Origin: a virus
Virus record (IMG/VR): IMGVR_UViG_3300045988_051021
Direction: 5' to 3' (one strand)
DNA: 64,000 bases
Of the stretch, positions 8,001-17,900 are shown piece by piece; the stretch's first letter is position 1; each line of letters opens with the position of its first letter. The notes below the pieces were generated by a model. That model was not told where the DNA came from. It searched no databases and worked only from the letters and a program-made list of their open reading frames with translations. The position numbers and the translations under genes are program-made.

Positions 8001-10141
8001 AAAAGCCAGGAAGCTATACTGATAGGGCTGTTCCAGTAGGGGGTACTCCAGTACAATCTCCTAATGCTAATGCAGTTAGAACAGTTAATGTTATCAACTC
8101 TATATTAGAGCCATTTGTTCCTAAATCTAAGAACTTACCTGCTGTTATTCCTGCATCAAGAAATGCTCAAAAGGTAGTAGCTTCTCAAACTATACAGCCT
8201 AGTCAAAGATTGGACCAGTTCATTGAGGGACAAATCCCAGGCGGAAGACAATTTGGTAGACAGAGAGCTAAGACTGAGAAGGAATATAGGGATGTATTCC
8301 ATCCTGCAGCTGAACGAGAGTATAATCAAGTTTGGGATGAGGCTATTAAAAACAGAAAGGACTTTGGGTATGAAGAAGTATCTCCTAAGAGAAGTCCATA
8401 TACCCCACCAACCCCTACTGAAGTATATGTAGAACCTAAAGGAGCTATAAAAGACCCTAATGCAAGGTATCTATGGGAACTTATCAATAAGAAGTCTAGT
8501 ACTTCACATATTAAGAGAGATAACCTACCCCACAAAGGCAAATCAAAAAAGAAGAAAACTTCAAAGGATGATAGGGTTACTAAGAAGGCTGAAGGAGGAT
8601 TAATACAATTCTTACAAGGTGGTAACACTGTAGGTAGAATTAAAGCTAAAGATATGTCTAGTTGGAATAGGTCTAAAGCTCTATCTGGGTATGACTTTGG
8701 GGCAGATGCTGATAGATGGAAATCTCAGTACACAGGCTCAGACGATTGGAGGCAAGCTTATGCAGCAGCATTTAATGGTGGCGAAGATATTTATGACCAA
8801 CTAACATCTATGACTGGTAATTATTTCGGAGGCAACTATAATTACTCAGTGCAAGACCCATTAGCTAAACACAGACAGGTTACTTTTAGGGGTACTAATC
8901 AAGGTTTTGATGATTTAATCAGAAAGGGTATCGTAGGTTATGGTACTACAGAAGGTAATTCTGGGTTTGATGTGTATGCTGGAGATAGAACTGGCAATAG
9001 AACTCTTGGAAGGGGTATGTCAGCTGAGGATGTTTCCCGCTTTAATGAACAGTTAAGGACAAGAGGTTTAGAGCTTTATGACAAAGGTGATGGTGGATAC
9101 AGACTAAGGTTACTTCAAGACCCTACTAATGAGCTTGGGGAAGTTGTAGTTACAGCTCCTAGAGTTTCAAATACATCTAACCCATCTAGCATTAAACGTA
9201 CACCAGGTAATACCAAAAAGGGTCTAAAACTTAATGTAGCACCGGAGGAAGTGTTAGCTTTAGGTAGAATGGTAGGAGGTTTAGCCGCGAATAATAGAGC
9301 TGCTAGAATCTATAAAGAAGGGTTAAAGCCTACTCTATTAGACACATTTGAGAATACTGTTCCACTGCAAGGCAATTTCCAAGCAGTGACTAATGCTGAA
9401 CAACAAGCAGGCAATTTAGAATCTGTGGCTGCAAGACCTAGAACTTCTGATGCTTCATTGCAATTAGCTGGAGAATTAGAGGCTAGTGGTAGAGCAGGTC
9501 AGGCTAGATTCCAAGGTGGTCTACAAGATGCAGAAATGTTCTATAAGACTAGGATGTTAGGGCAGCAAGAATCCGATGCAGCTAAAGCAAGAAGGGTAGA
9601 AGTTGCCAATAGAAATAGGGCTTCAATGAATGCTATAGATGCAGCTAAAAAGCAAATTGATGCTGGAAGAGTAACTGCAAACTATCAGCAGGTTATTGCT
9701 CCTTACCTAGCTGGCGTAGAGAATAGATTTAGACAAACTAAAGCTATGAGAGACCAACTAGCATTAGAATCTTATTTGAATGAAGCTAATTCAAATTATA
9801 ATACTAGTGCCGCTAAGATTATGGAAGACTATAAAGACGACCCAATAGGTGCTCAGAGAGAACTATCTAAGCTACAGAAAGGATTACAGTCTGATATGTT
9901 AAAGAAGAGAAGTTCACTAATAAGTACCCCTTGGTTAGTTCAGTTTAGTGGAAAAGGTTCTAAATTATCCTATGCTGAGAGGGCTATGCTTCAAAGAGCT
10001 AAGGACTTTAATAAAAGATTATCTGATGATAATAAACAGTTTCACAAAGATGTAATGGAATCTAAGAGGGAACATAATAAGATGATAACAAATATGTCAG
10101 CCCTCACTGCTGCACTTATAAAGAAAGGAATGCAACTATGA
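5045..10141 (+). CDS. giant virion cargo/ejection-type protein (1698 aa)
   Basis: Uninterrupted 5.1-kb ORF. It has the N-terminal IRKYNSGG motif, internal YKKGG and FLQGG motifs, a Gly-zipper-like hydrophobic segment (LGAAMADLASIGLGFVPGANLASAGVGVGASLAEFG), a K/P-rich linker and a long coiled-coil-like C-terminus. The function is inferred from its position in the crAss-type RNAP/cargo block. Confidence 0.6.
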   Translation: MSQVIRKYNSGGQTDKPKLLSVKGLGDFNQDDLIKRGYRDVDEYASSEGLGNTAAADFRNAVQYMLEGISNGTMTMDAMGNFQDATGQKSSTGELDRKKFLGIKTGVKNTENNAYGLAADYLYNIIKGSPQYKQPEVKKERFNANKLMEDAISREWYGGNAIDYNNWFRNRTEQDRNALMGRIWDSADYNQIFQSHDWSGTNIRSAEDLAALGRAYGAAITNNKLDNDDYNTFAALGGTGLDKFIRPTQQATTPQSSTVEGQQGKVDTSWTNSEYDRTVDDKGKYHIYKKGTNEEVSGILPGNVFKGVGNRYAFDGNIYDDSNLPEQYRQDITRARQAQLGEYTSLTDNNPFTKMLKGQGYNYITNLSQFASGVGNNVLYGAYSNPSDVNGKMGFYLKNPTTGKTTRGSVELNKSLGEYQFIGEDGNVINLGAYNPNGARERQGVKFVDYTDTSKANWENLFNTWMQDPDLSNPASEAYRMVQNTLSKWIDSKQSPFVKYGKDYKWAVGDNDMNVARNNDGTLSWYFNNKVESEDESSNELRRLLSIPTAERSREINDRILKLQGYKKGGVISAQLGTKFIEDTTPLKVSAVQPDAEQIERNTKARQSFTGRSNVSLGNNKDITDAGGVIKTSDKVRLGAAMADLASIGLGFVPGANLASAGVGVGASLAEFGADLASDGPQWGDLGRLGVNLGMDALSLIPVGKTLKATKALGKIKKSIPVLMTLINTTPYLDPAIRSEYSKTLSKLTKGDIKSLNTGDFKNLSAIASTVLMGKNLAQSHRGWWNSSTTPSGKRRVTAMIDGKQQTLEVDDAFFQNTKGKNQVAELKTKFAEQYNKANKLEGDKAIKPESVSVDTKYFGRRPQSEEVEGTKTDGNWFSNSLIGKHIAGYRDPSVVRGSENIPFSDAWFLKKGSTKPKSVVQSKSINETADAVSSMIGALHTASKFRQAPLALPAPGQVTPSNRVFYMGSGKPKAPKDVTNPSNLKKPGSYTDRAVPVGGTPVQSPNANAVRTVNVINSILEPFVPKSKNLPAVIPASRNAQKVVASQTIQPSQRLDQFIEGQIPGGRQFGRQRAKTEKEYRDVFHPAAEREYNQVWDEAIKNRKDFGYEEVSPKRSPYTPPTPTEVYVEPKGAIKDPNARYLWELINKKSSTSHIKRDNLPHKGKSKKKKTSKDDRVTKKAEGGLIQFLQGGNTVGRIKAKDMSSWNRSKALSGYDFGADADRWKSQYTGSDDWRQAYAAAFNGGEDIYDQLTSMTGNYFGGNYNYSVQDPLAKHRQVTFRGTNQGFDDLIRKGIVGYGTTEGNSGFDVYAGDRTGNRTLGRGMSAEDVSRFNEQLRTRGLELYDKGDGGYRLRLLQDPTNELGEVVVTAPRVSNTSNPSSIKRTPGNTKKGLKLNVAPEEVLALGRMVGGLAANNRAARIYKEGLKPTLLDTFENTVPLQGNFQAVTNAEQQAGNLESVAARPRTSDASLQLAGELEASGRAGQARFQGGLQDAEMFYKTRMLGQQESDAAKARRVEVANRNRASMNAIDAAKKQIDAGRVTANYQQVIAPYLAGVENRFRQTKAMRDQLALESYLNEANSNYNTSAAKIMEDYKDDPIGAQRELSKLQKGLQSDMLKKRSSLISTPWLVQFSGKGSKLSYAERAMLQRAKDFNKRLSDDNKQFHKDVMESKREHNKMITNMSALTAALIKKGMQL

Positions 10142-11976
10142 AATTAACCTATAAGCTACAACAAGGCGGGGGAATGCCCGCCTTCGTTAGCTACACCAAT
10201 GTACCTCAACCACAAGTAGCTGCTCCTTATTCATCCACATCCTCCAGCCAAGGTGAGCCAGACGGTTCTGTTGGATTATTGGATAAGAATATGGTAAAGT
10301 TTTTGTATGAGAATGGCATACCGAGTGATGTGGAAGCATTCGTAGAAACTTCTGGTATATTCTCGGATAGTATATACAAGAATCCGTTTAGTAATAATGC
10401 TACTGTACAATATAAGACTATATTAAAGATGCTCCCAAGAATAAAGGCGGAGAATGAAAGATTTAAGAATGCTATGACCCAGGCTGACAAAAATGGAGGG
10501 CTTGGCGAGATTGCTGTAACTGACGGAGGTCATGTAATTACAGTTGATGCTGAGGGTAAACTACAGAAGAAATCACTAAATGATGTTGACCTTAACTCAG
10601 AACAGATTTTGACTAATTCAGAGCTGGCTAATTATCGTGCTAATAGTATAAATGCCGCTTTTAATACTGACCTTACGAGCATTATAGGTAATGCAGTAGG
10701 TATCCCTAAGATAACCGAATATATACAATCTGTAGTTAATAAGTTAGGAACTACTTCAATGTCAAGGGAGGGATATGTAGGTCAGCAATCTGGCAGAATA
10801 TTAAAAGGAATGGAGTATTTAGCTGCCTTACAGCCTAGTAGAGAGGACCTATCTGGAATGTCTGTAGATGGACTTTATAAAATGTCCAGCATGGATAAAT
10901 CCCAGCAAGCTCAGGCTAATCAGGCATTAGGCTATCTATTAACCTCTCTACCTAAGAATATGAGAACTGTTCTTCAAGCTAAGGCAGCTATGTATTTAGG
11001 AGATAACTCTGCGGAAGGTGTTAAAAAATTATTAATGTCTCTAACCCAATCGGCATTAAGTGGAGAACATACCTTAAAACTTGATTTACAAGAGAAGATG
11101 GATGCTAGCGGGAAGGCTAAAACATCAGGTAGTGGTAGGGATAATAACATTACAGACCCTGCCAAAGCATTCCTACTTGGGCTAGGAGAGGTTAAAAACC
11201 ATAAAATTAATAATGGAAATTCGTATAGTTTAAATCTACCAGGCAATAGTGCACCATTAGTTGATACTTCTGGTAAAACTATAGGAAGTGCTACATTAGA
11301 GGATGCTGCAAGGAGTACATTCTCTGGAGTTCTAGACTTTAAGAATGCTACGATGGGGGGTCAGTTATTAAACTCATCTCAGAGAAGTAGAGTTGCTATA
11401 GATGGCTCTAATGTAGTTGCAGTTGACCTTCCTGTTGACACACAAGCATTACAATCTGGGGTGCTTAAGCCCGATATTGATTCATTAAAGAGATTAGAGT
11501 TGGCTGAGAATGAGATTAGAGAAGGAGATATAAAGGATGAAGCTCAGAAAAATGAAATCTATGCTAAGTATAAATTGCCATATAAGTACATTAATGGACA
11601 AATAAATACCAATGCCTATGGAAGATTCGCCGTATTAGATGCCTCAGCAGATGAGTCTGCATTCGTAGAAGACCCAACAATGGATGATACTCTTAGTGAA
11701 GTAACTGACATTAATGAAAGGGAAAGTATAGAGAGAATATTAAAGGCTGCTGATGCATCATTTAAGATGAGTCAGCCTGGCATATTCTCCAGTGGTAATA
11801 ATGTATACTCTGGTTCTGTGTATATACCAGTAAGACAGAATCTTATTAATGCTTCACTTGGCTCTGGGCACTATCCTACGATACAAGGTAATGATGCTAT
11901 GGATATAGAAGCTAAAGAACAACAGAAGCAACGATTGCAAACTTACGTGCCAAGTCCCTCACTATCTACACTATAA
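10138..11976 (+). CDS. virion cargo-type protein (612 aa)
   Basis: ATGA overlap with the upstream gene. It has the N-terminal YKLQQGGG motif and an internal DKNGG. Confidence 0.55.
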   Translation: MKLTYKLQQGGGMPAFVSYTNVPQPQVAAPYSSTSSSQGEPDGSVGLLDKNMVKFLYENGIPSDVEAFVETSGIFSDSIYKNPFSNNATVQYKTILKMLPRIKAENERFKNAMTQADKNGGLGEIAVTDGGHVITVDAEGKLQKKSLNDVDLNSEQILTNSELANYRANSINAAFNTDLTSIIGNAVGIPKITEYIQSVVNKLGTTSMSREGYVGQQSGRILKGMEYLAALQPSREDLSGMSVDGLYKMSSMDKSQQAQANQALGYLLTSLPKNMRTVLQAKAAMYLGDNSAEGVKKLLMSLTQSALSGEHTLKLDLQEKMDASGKAKTSGSGRDNNITDPAKAFLLGLGEVKNHKINNGNSYSLNLPGNSAPLVDTSGKTIGSATLEDAARSTFSGVLDFKNATMGGQLLNSSQRSRVAIDGSNVVAVDLPVDTQALQSGVLKPDIDSLKRLELAENEIREGDIKDEAQKNEIYAKYKLPYKYINGQINTNAYGRFAVLDASADESAFVEDPTMDDTLSEVTDINERESIERILKAADASFKMSQPGIFSSGNNVYSGSVYIPVRQNLINASLGSGHYPTIQGNDAMDIEAKEQQKQRLQTYVPSPSLSTL

Positions 11977-11987
11977 AATCTAGTAAT

Positions 11988-14900
11988 ATGACAAATACAA
12001 AGGAAAATGATTGGCTGTTAAATAGAGTGTCTAATCCTACCTTTTCTATCTCTGATTTTAAGGCAATAGGATTAGATGCCACTAACACTTCATTAGCAGA
12101 TGCAAGTGTTTATAAGAACATTCCCCAAATTCAAGATAATCCTGCATTTCAAACTGATGGTAAATTTGATGAAGCTAAGTTTGATAATGTATATAAATAC
12201 ATGGCTGAGACTTATAATCAATTGGCTGATGAATCCTACCAAGAAGATATTTTAAGTCAGGCTACATTCCATAGAGATAATATATTCGCTGAACCTGAGC
12301 AAAGAAGGAAGGGTCCAGATATTTATCTGTCCAGAGAAGTTAACCCATTAAGGCAGACAAGGGGTATTAGAAGATTAAATCTATTAGACGCTCCTACTAT
12401 GTCAGCTGATGAGGCTGCCCAAACTCAGAAAGTATTAGCTAACCCTATGAGTGTAGCTAATGGAGCTAATCCAGTATGGCATGATTCCCCTAATGATTCA
12501 TTCTGGACTGACTTCTGGGATACTAGAGTTATGGCTCAATGGGATGAAGATGGGGAGCATATTGACCCAGTAACCAAAGAGAAGGTTCAACATAAGAAGG
12601 GGGAATTGAAACTAAACGAGAATGGTACATATTATTATGAGAACCTAGACGGTAGAGATGTGTATGGAAGACGAGTTCTTTCAAAGTTAAATACTCTAAC
12701 CACAGATGGTTCTGCAATCAATAAATATGACTTCTTTGACTCAGACGGACTCGATAAAAGTGTTGTTGGCTCCTTAGCCCGTAACGCTGTCTCAATCCTT
12801 CCTATGTTCATTCCTGGGATAAGTCCTTGGTATATAGGTGCTGGTATTGCCTTAGAAACCACTAAGATTTTAGCTACTCTGGGTAAAGTATTCTCTGGCA
12901 GTGATAATAAGTTTCTATCGGCTGTAGAAGGATTTACTAAGTCCTTAGAACCTACAACTTCTGAGTATGGTCAGAATAACGCATGGTCTATGGAGAACTT
13001 CATTAATCTGGCTGGTGATGTATTCAAGCAAATGTATGAGCAGAGGTGGATATTTAAATACGCACCTGCCCTATTTAAGGGGGAGAATATGGCTACCGAG
13101 GCTGCCCAAATGAAAAAGCTAGAAGAGTTTCAAGCTAAATATGTAAACCTTGATAGCTATCTAAAAGCTAAAGTAGCAACTCCAAAGGCTGGAGATTTAA
13201 GATACTTTGAAGAATTAAAAGCAGTCAATACATTTAAAGCTCAGAATGACCTAGAGAACTACATGAAGGGCTACAACAAGATAGGAGAACTTCTATCTAA
13301 GGCTTACATGACTAGTATTACAGTTCAAGATGCTTATGGTGAAGCTAAGGAACAGGGTGCTAACGACCTAGAAGCTGCATTACTTACATTAGGATATGCT
13401 GCAGGAGAATATGCTATTATTAATAGTAGGTTAGGAGAATGGGTACTTCCTGAACTTAGGATGGATAAGGAGCAGATGAAGCAGGTAGTCAAAACTTTGA
13501 CAGAAGGTTCAAGAAAGACTATTGATAACGGCTCTAAAGTCCAAAAAGTTGAGTGGATGAAAAAGATATTCAAGCTCGGAAAGGATGTTGCTCAAGCTAA
13601 CTACTCTGTGGGTAAAAGTGGACTTAAAGCTACTGCCGCCAATGCTCTTGGGGAAGGTATAGAGGAAGTATCTGAAGAGGTTATGTATGACTTCGCTAAA
13701 TCAGTTACCAATCTAGGAATGTGGTTAGCTGGTAGTGATACACAGCCACTACAAGCATGGGACAATATGTTCGACAGATATGGTATGTCATTCGTAGGAG
13801 GTATGCTAGGTGGTGCTATGTTTGATGCTTTACCTAACCTTAGAGAAGCTAGGCAGCTTGGTCAGATGAATAATGAGCAAGCTATGCAACAACTAGTATA
13901 TATGGCTAGAAATGGTAAGATGGGCGATTTCCTAAAGATGGTAGACAAGATGGAATTAGGTAATAAGTACTTATCTGCCACTAAACTTGTAGACGGAGTA
14001 GGCGGAAGAAAGGTATGGGCACAAGGTACTGATACTGATAACCAAGACCTAGCTGCTAAATCTGAGGTTAGGAGAATAGCTAAGTTTGTTACTAATACCT
14101 TATCAGCACAAGGTGCAACCATTAGTGATGATGCATTCCTAGACACACAAACTCTCAATGATTTAAGATTCTCAGCCCTTAAGAACAGTAGTGTAGCTGC
14201 AAGCTACTTACAGGACTATAACAGTGTTTGTGAGAAGATTGTAACTTTAACTAATCAACTTAACGGACTGGGTGGAACCCAAGAGCGTATGGATAATGGT
14301 GGACCTACCGACGCTCAGGTAAAGGAGAATGGAGATGAATCTACTAAGACTGAGAGAAGTAGAATAGAAGGTGAATTAAAGGCAGCAATAGAGAGAAAGG
14401 AGGCATATATGAAAGGAGATTTAGCTCCCCGGCTCATCTATGATGCTCTATTTGAGATGTCAACTGCTGTTAGTAGTGCCTACTTAGCCCCAACTCTTAT
14501 ACAGTATGCTGAGAACAAAACTGGTAAAAAGGTAACTGACATTCCTAAGAATGAATTAGAGGAAATATCAAAAGAGTATGATGGATGGAAGAATTCAGGA
14601 TTCAAAGATGCAGTACGTACTGCTGCCTCAATTCATAAATCAATAGCTAAGGTTGTTGCACCTTTATTCCAAAACCACAGTCTAAAGTACTACGAGAGTC
14701 TTGATGAAAACTTACACTCTACTTTAAGTATCTTACAGACCGGACTAAATAGGTATGTCAAGCATCTTAATGAGAACAAGGACTCTGAATCCTTTGTAGA
14801 AGATATGGCTGAGTTCAATATACACTCATCAACGGGTATTATTGATTCTCTGTTAGCCACTTTAGGTTCTGAATCAGAGAAGGCAACATTTATTGACATA

Positions 14901-17900
14901 ATAAATACTCCAATAACTGAAGATTATACGATGGAGGTTCAATCTGAGCAATATAACAAGTTTGTTAGTAAATTCTTAACATCACATATAGATGCTATTG
15001 TTAAGCCTATTGTGAACCAAGGTTATATTAATCCAGAATTGAAAAGAGTATTAAACGGCACTTTAGATTCTGCATACTGGTATTTCATTAACCAGGCGGA
15101 AATGTATGGAGATGATGCAAGCTATATAGAGGCAACCAAGATAGAAGATGCTAAAGCTCAAATTGATAAGTTGCAGCATTCTAATATCATTGAACTTTTA
15201 GACCAATTCTCATTAAGTACTACTGATTCTGACGTAAAGGTATCTAATATTCTTAAAGAAACTGATGCTTCGTTAAGGGAGCATATGGATGATTTGTCCA
15301 ACTTTAACCTAAATAATGAGAGACTTGGCCAGATTACTGAAGCTCTTTCAGTGATTAATATATTTAAGGCTCAATTACTTAGTGCTAGGGTAGACAACGC
15401 TGATTTATCTAATCTTTATGGTATGAATACTACTATAAACGAATTAGATTCAGAGGCTAATCTAGCAGAATTACAGTCTAATGTGGCTGATGCAATGATG
15501 CAGGACCTAGAAGGTATTGAGTTACGTCTTAAAACCTTCCAAAAGATAATAGCTGCAAATAATGCTCAGAAGTTAGGAGAACAAACAAGAACCGCAAATA
15601 ATAAGAATATACTTATCTATGACAGAATAAAGAGCTTTATTCTTAACATTCCTAATGATTGGGCAGGTAAAGCTGAGTTTGAGGGGACAGTAAGCAGTCT
15701 AAGTAAACTCGAAGAAATATCAGCTGCCAAGAAGATAAGCCTTAATAGGGAGGAAAGGTTTCAGGTAGAATCAGAGATGGTAAAACTTGATGATGCTATA
15801 TATAACTTCTTTGAAGCTAATAGTGATAAGGTTAATGACCCAGAAGCACTGTCTAAGCTTATTAGCGTAGACAACTTTGGCTTAATTACTATAAGTGATG
15901 ATGTAGAATCATTAAGTTCCAAGTCAACTAATATAGACGATAATGCAGTGGTTTGGTATATTGCCTCTAGAGCTGCTGTTAAGGCATCTGACTTCTATGG
16001 AGAATATAGGTCTATTATTAGTGATAAGATTGCTCCTATACCTACTCAAGAGTTAGCTACTTATTTGGGATATGCTTCAATTCTTAACGGAGGTATGATT
16101 GATAAGTTCTGTGATGCTGTAAATACCTCCCTAAAGAACTATGCAGCATCTATGACTGATTCTGAGTGGAAATATGCCCCAGGCATCATTAGAGAATTGG
16201 TACTTGACTCTTCAGTTGCTCCAAGATTCTCTAGAGTAACTTTTATTGAGGGTATTCCTGGAAGTGGTAAGACTACTGGCGTATTTAATAACCTTATAGT
16301 ACTTCTAAAGAAATACCATCCAGAAGTTTTGAAAAGTGTTTGGATTGGTCATGCCACTGAAGATAGTGCTAAGGGCTTAAAAGCCGATTTAAATCTTGAT
16401 TCTGCTACCACTTTGGATAGAGAACATCTTATGAAGAGGGTAACCCAGGAATGGAAAGACTTCAAAGATTATCCTCAGAAATCATCTAAAGAAGTAGACC
16501 CATCTTCCGAGGAAGATATTCCAGTGTCTATAATTGATGATGGAGATATATATTTTGACGATAACTTTATTACTAGGTCAAACTTCAAGATAAATGAAAT
16601 CTCGGAAGCTCCATCTCTAATCCTTATTGATGAGGTGTCAAGATACACTGTAGTTGATATGGATTTAGTTAATAGATTTGCACAGAAGTATGGAATTCCA
16701 GTTATTGTGGCTGGGGACTTTGACCAAAGTAAAGCTATTGGAAGGCATCTTATCGACTATAAAGGGAAGAATGTTAGAAATACAATACAGTTAGCTCGCC
16801 GTAACTTTATAAGGTGTCCTAAACTGGGAGTATCTATGAGGTCTAACAACCAGCAAGTAACAATTAATATCAATAACCTTAAGAGTATCCTACCAAAACT
16901 AAGGAGTAATAACTACGATTCAGATGTGTCAATGCATTACTATCAGGATGATTCTGGGTTGTTTGGAACTAAGGTTTATAATATAAATGACCTGAGAAAT
17001 TCTGCACCGTATAGTATAGAGCTGGTAAAGAAAGACATTGACCTAATGATTAATAGTATGAATCCAGATGAAAAGATTGGATTTATCTATTATGATACTG
17101 ATACTGAGATATATAAATTACTTTCTAGTGCTACTTATAAGGATAGAGTAGACTTTAAACAAGGTAACTCTTCACAAGGACTTGAAGGTAAGTATTATAT
17201 AATTGACGATTCAGCTGGTTTAGAGAACGAGGAATATTGGGACGACCTTTATACTGGAATCTCTAGAGCAATACAGGGTAGCATTGTTCTTCACACTAAG
17301 GATAGCTATAAGACTAACAATTCGAATCTATTAAATTCTATCCAAGACCCTTCTACTAGTGTTAGTGAACTGTCCAAAGATGGAATCAAGACATTCTCTT
17401 CTGAAAGGAGGGATATGTTAGATAAACTTCCCTTAGATAATAAACCTACTAAATTGGTTAAGAGGGAAAAGGATGCCACTATTCCTTCTGTAACCGTAGT
17501 ACCTGAAGCTGGACTGACTTCTGAGGTAGTAACGACTGTAACGGATGATGGAACTAAGAAGCAGGTCATTATTACTAACAATGGACTTCCCACTGAGGCT
17601 GATATAAAGGATAAGACCCTTGCTTCTAGCGAAGATACAACCCCACCTCCAGTACCTACAACTGGAACTAATCACGTTTCCAGCACTAAAACTGAATCTG
17701 TTCTTGACTTATTAATGTACACATTCCCCACATTTGAGTCAGGAACTTCATTTGATAAGGATGGAAACCTGATAGTAACCCCAGAGAATAGTAAAAGGTT
17801 AGATAGCTACTTCGGTTTGAATAAGTTACCTGGAGTAAAAAACAAAGAAACATTTGATAAGACCATAGGTAACTTAAGGAGTGTTATATTCAATACAGCT

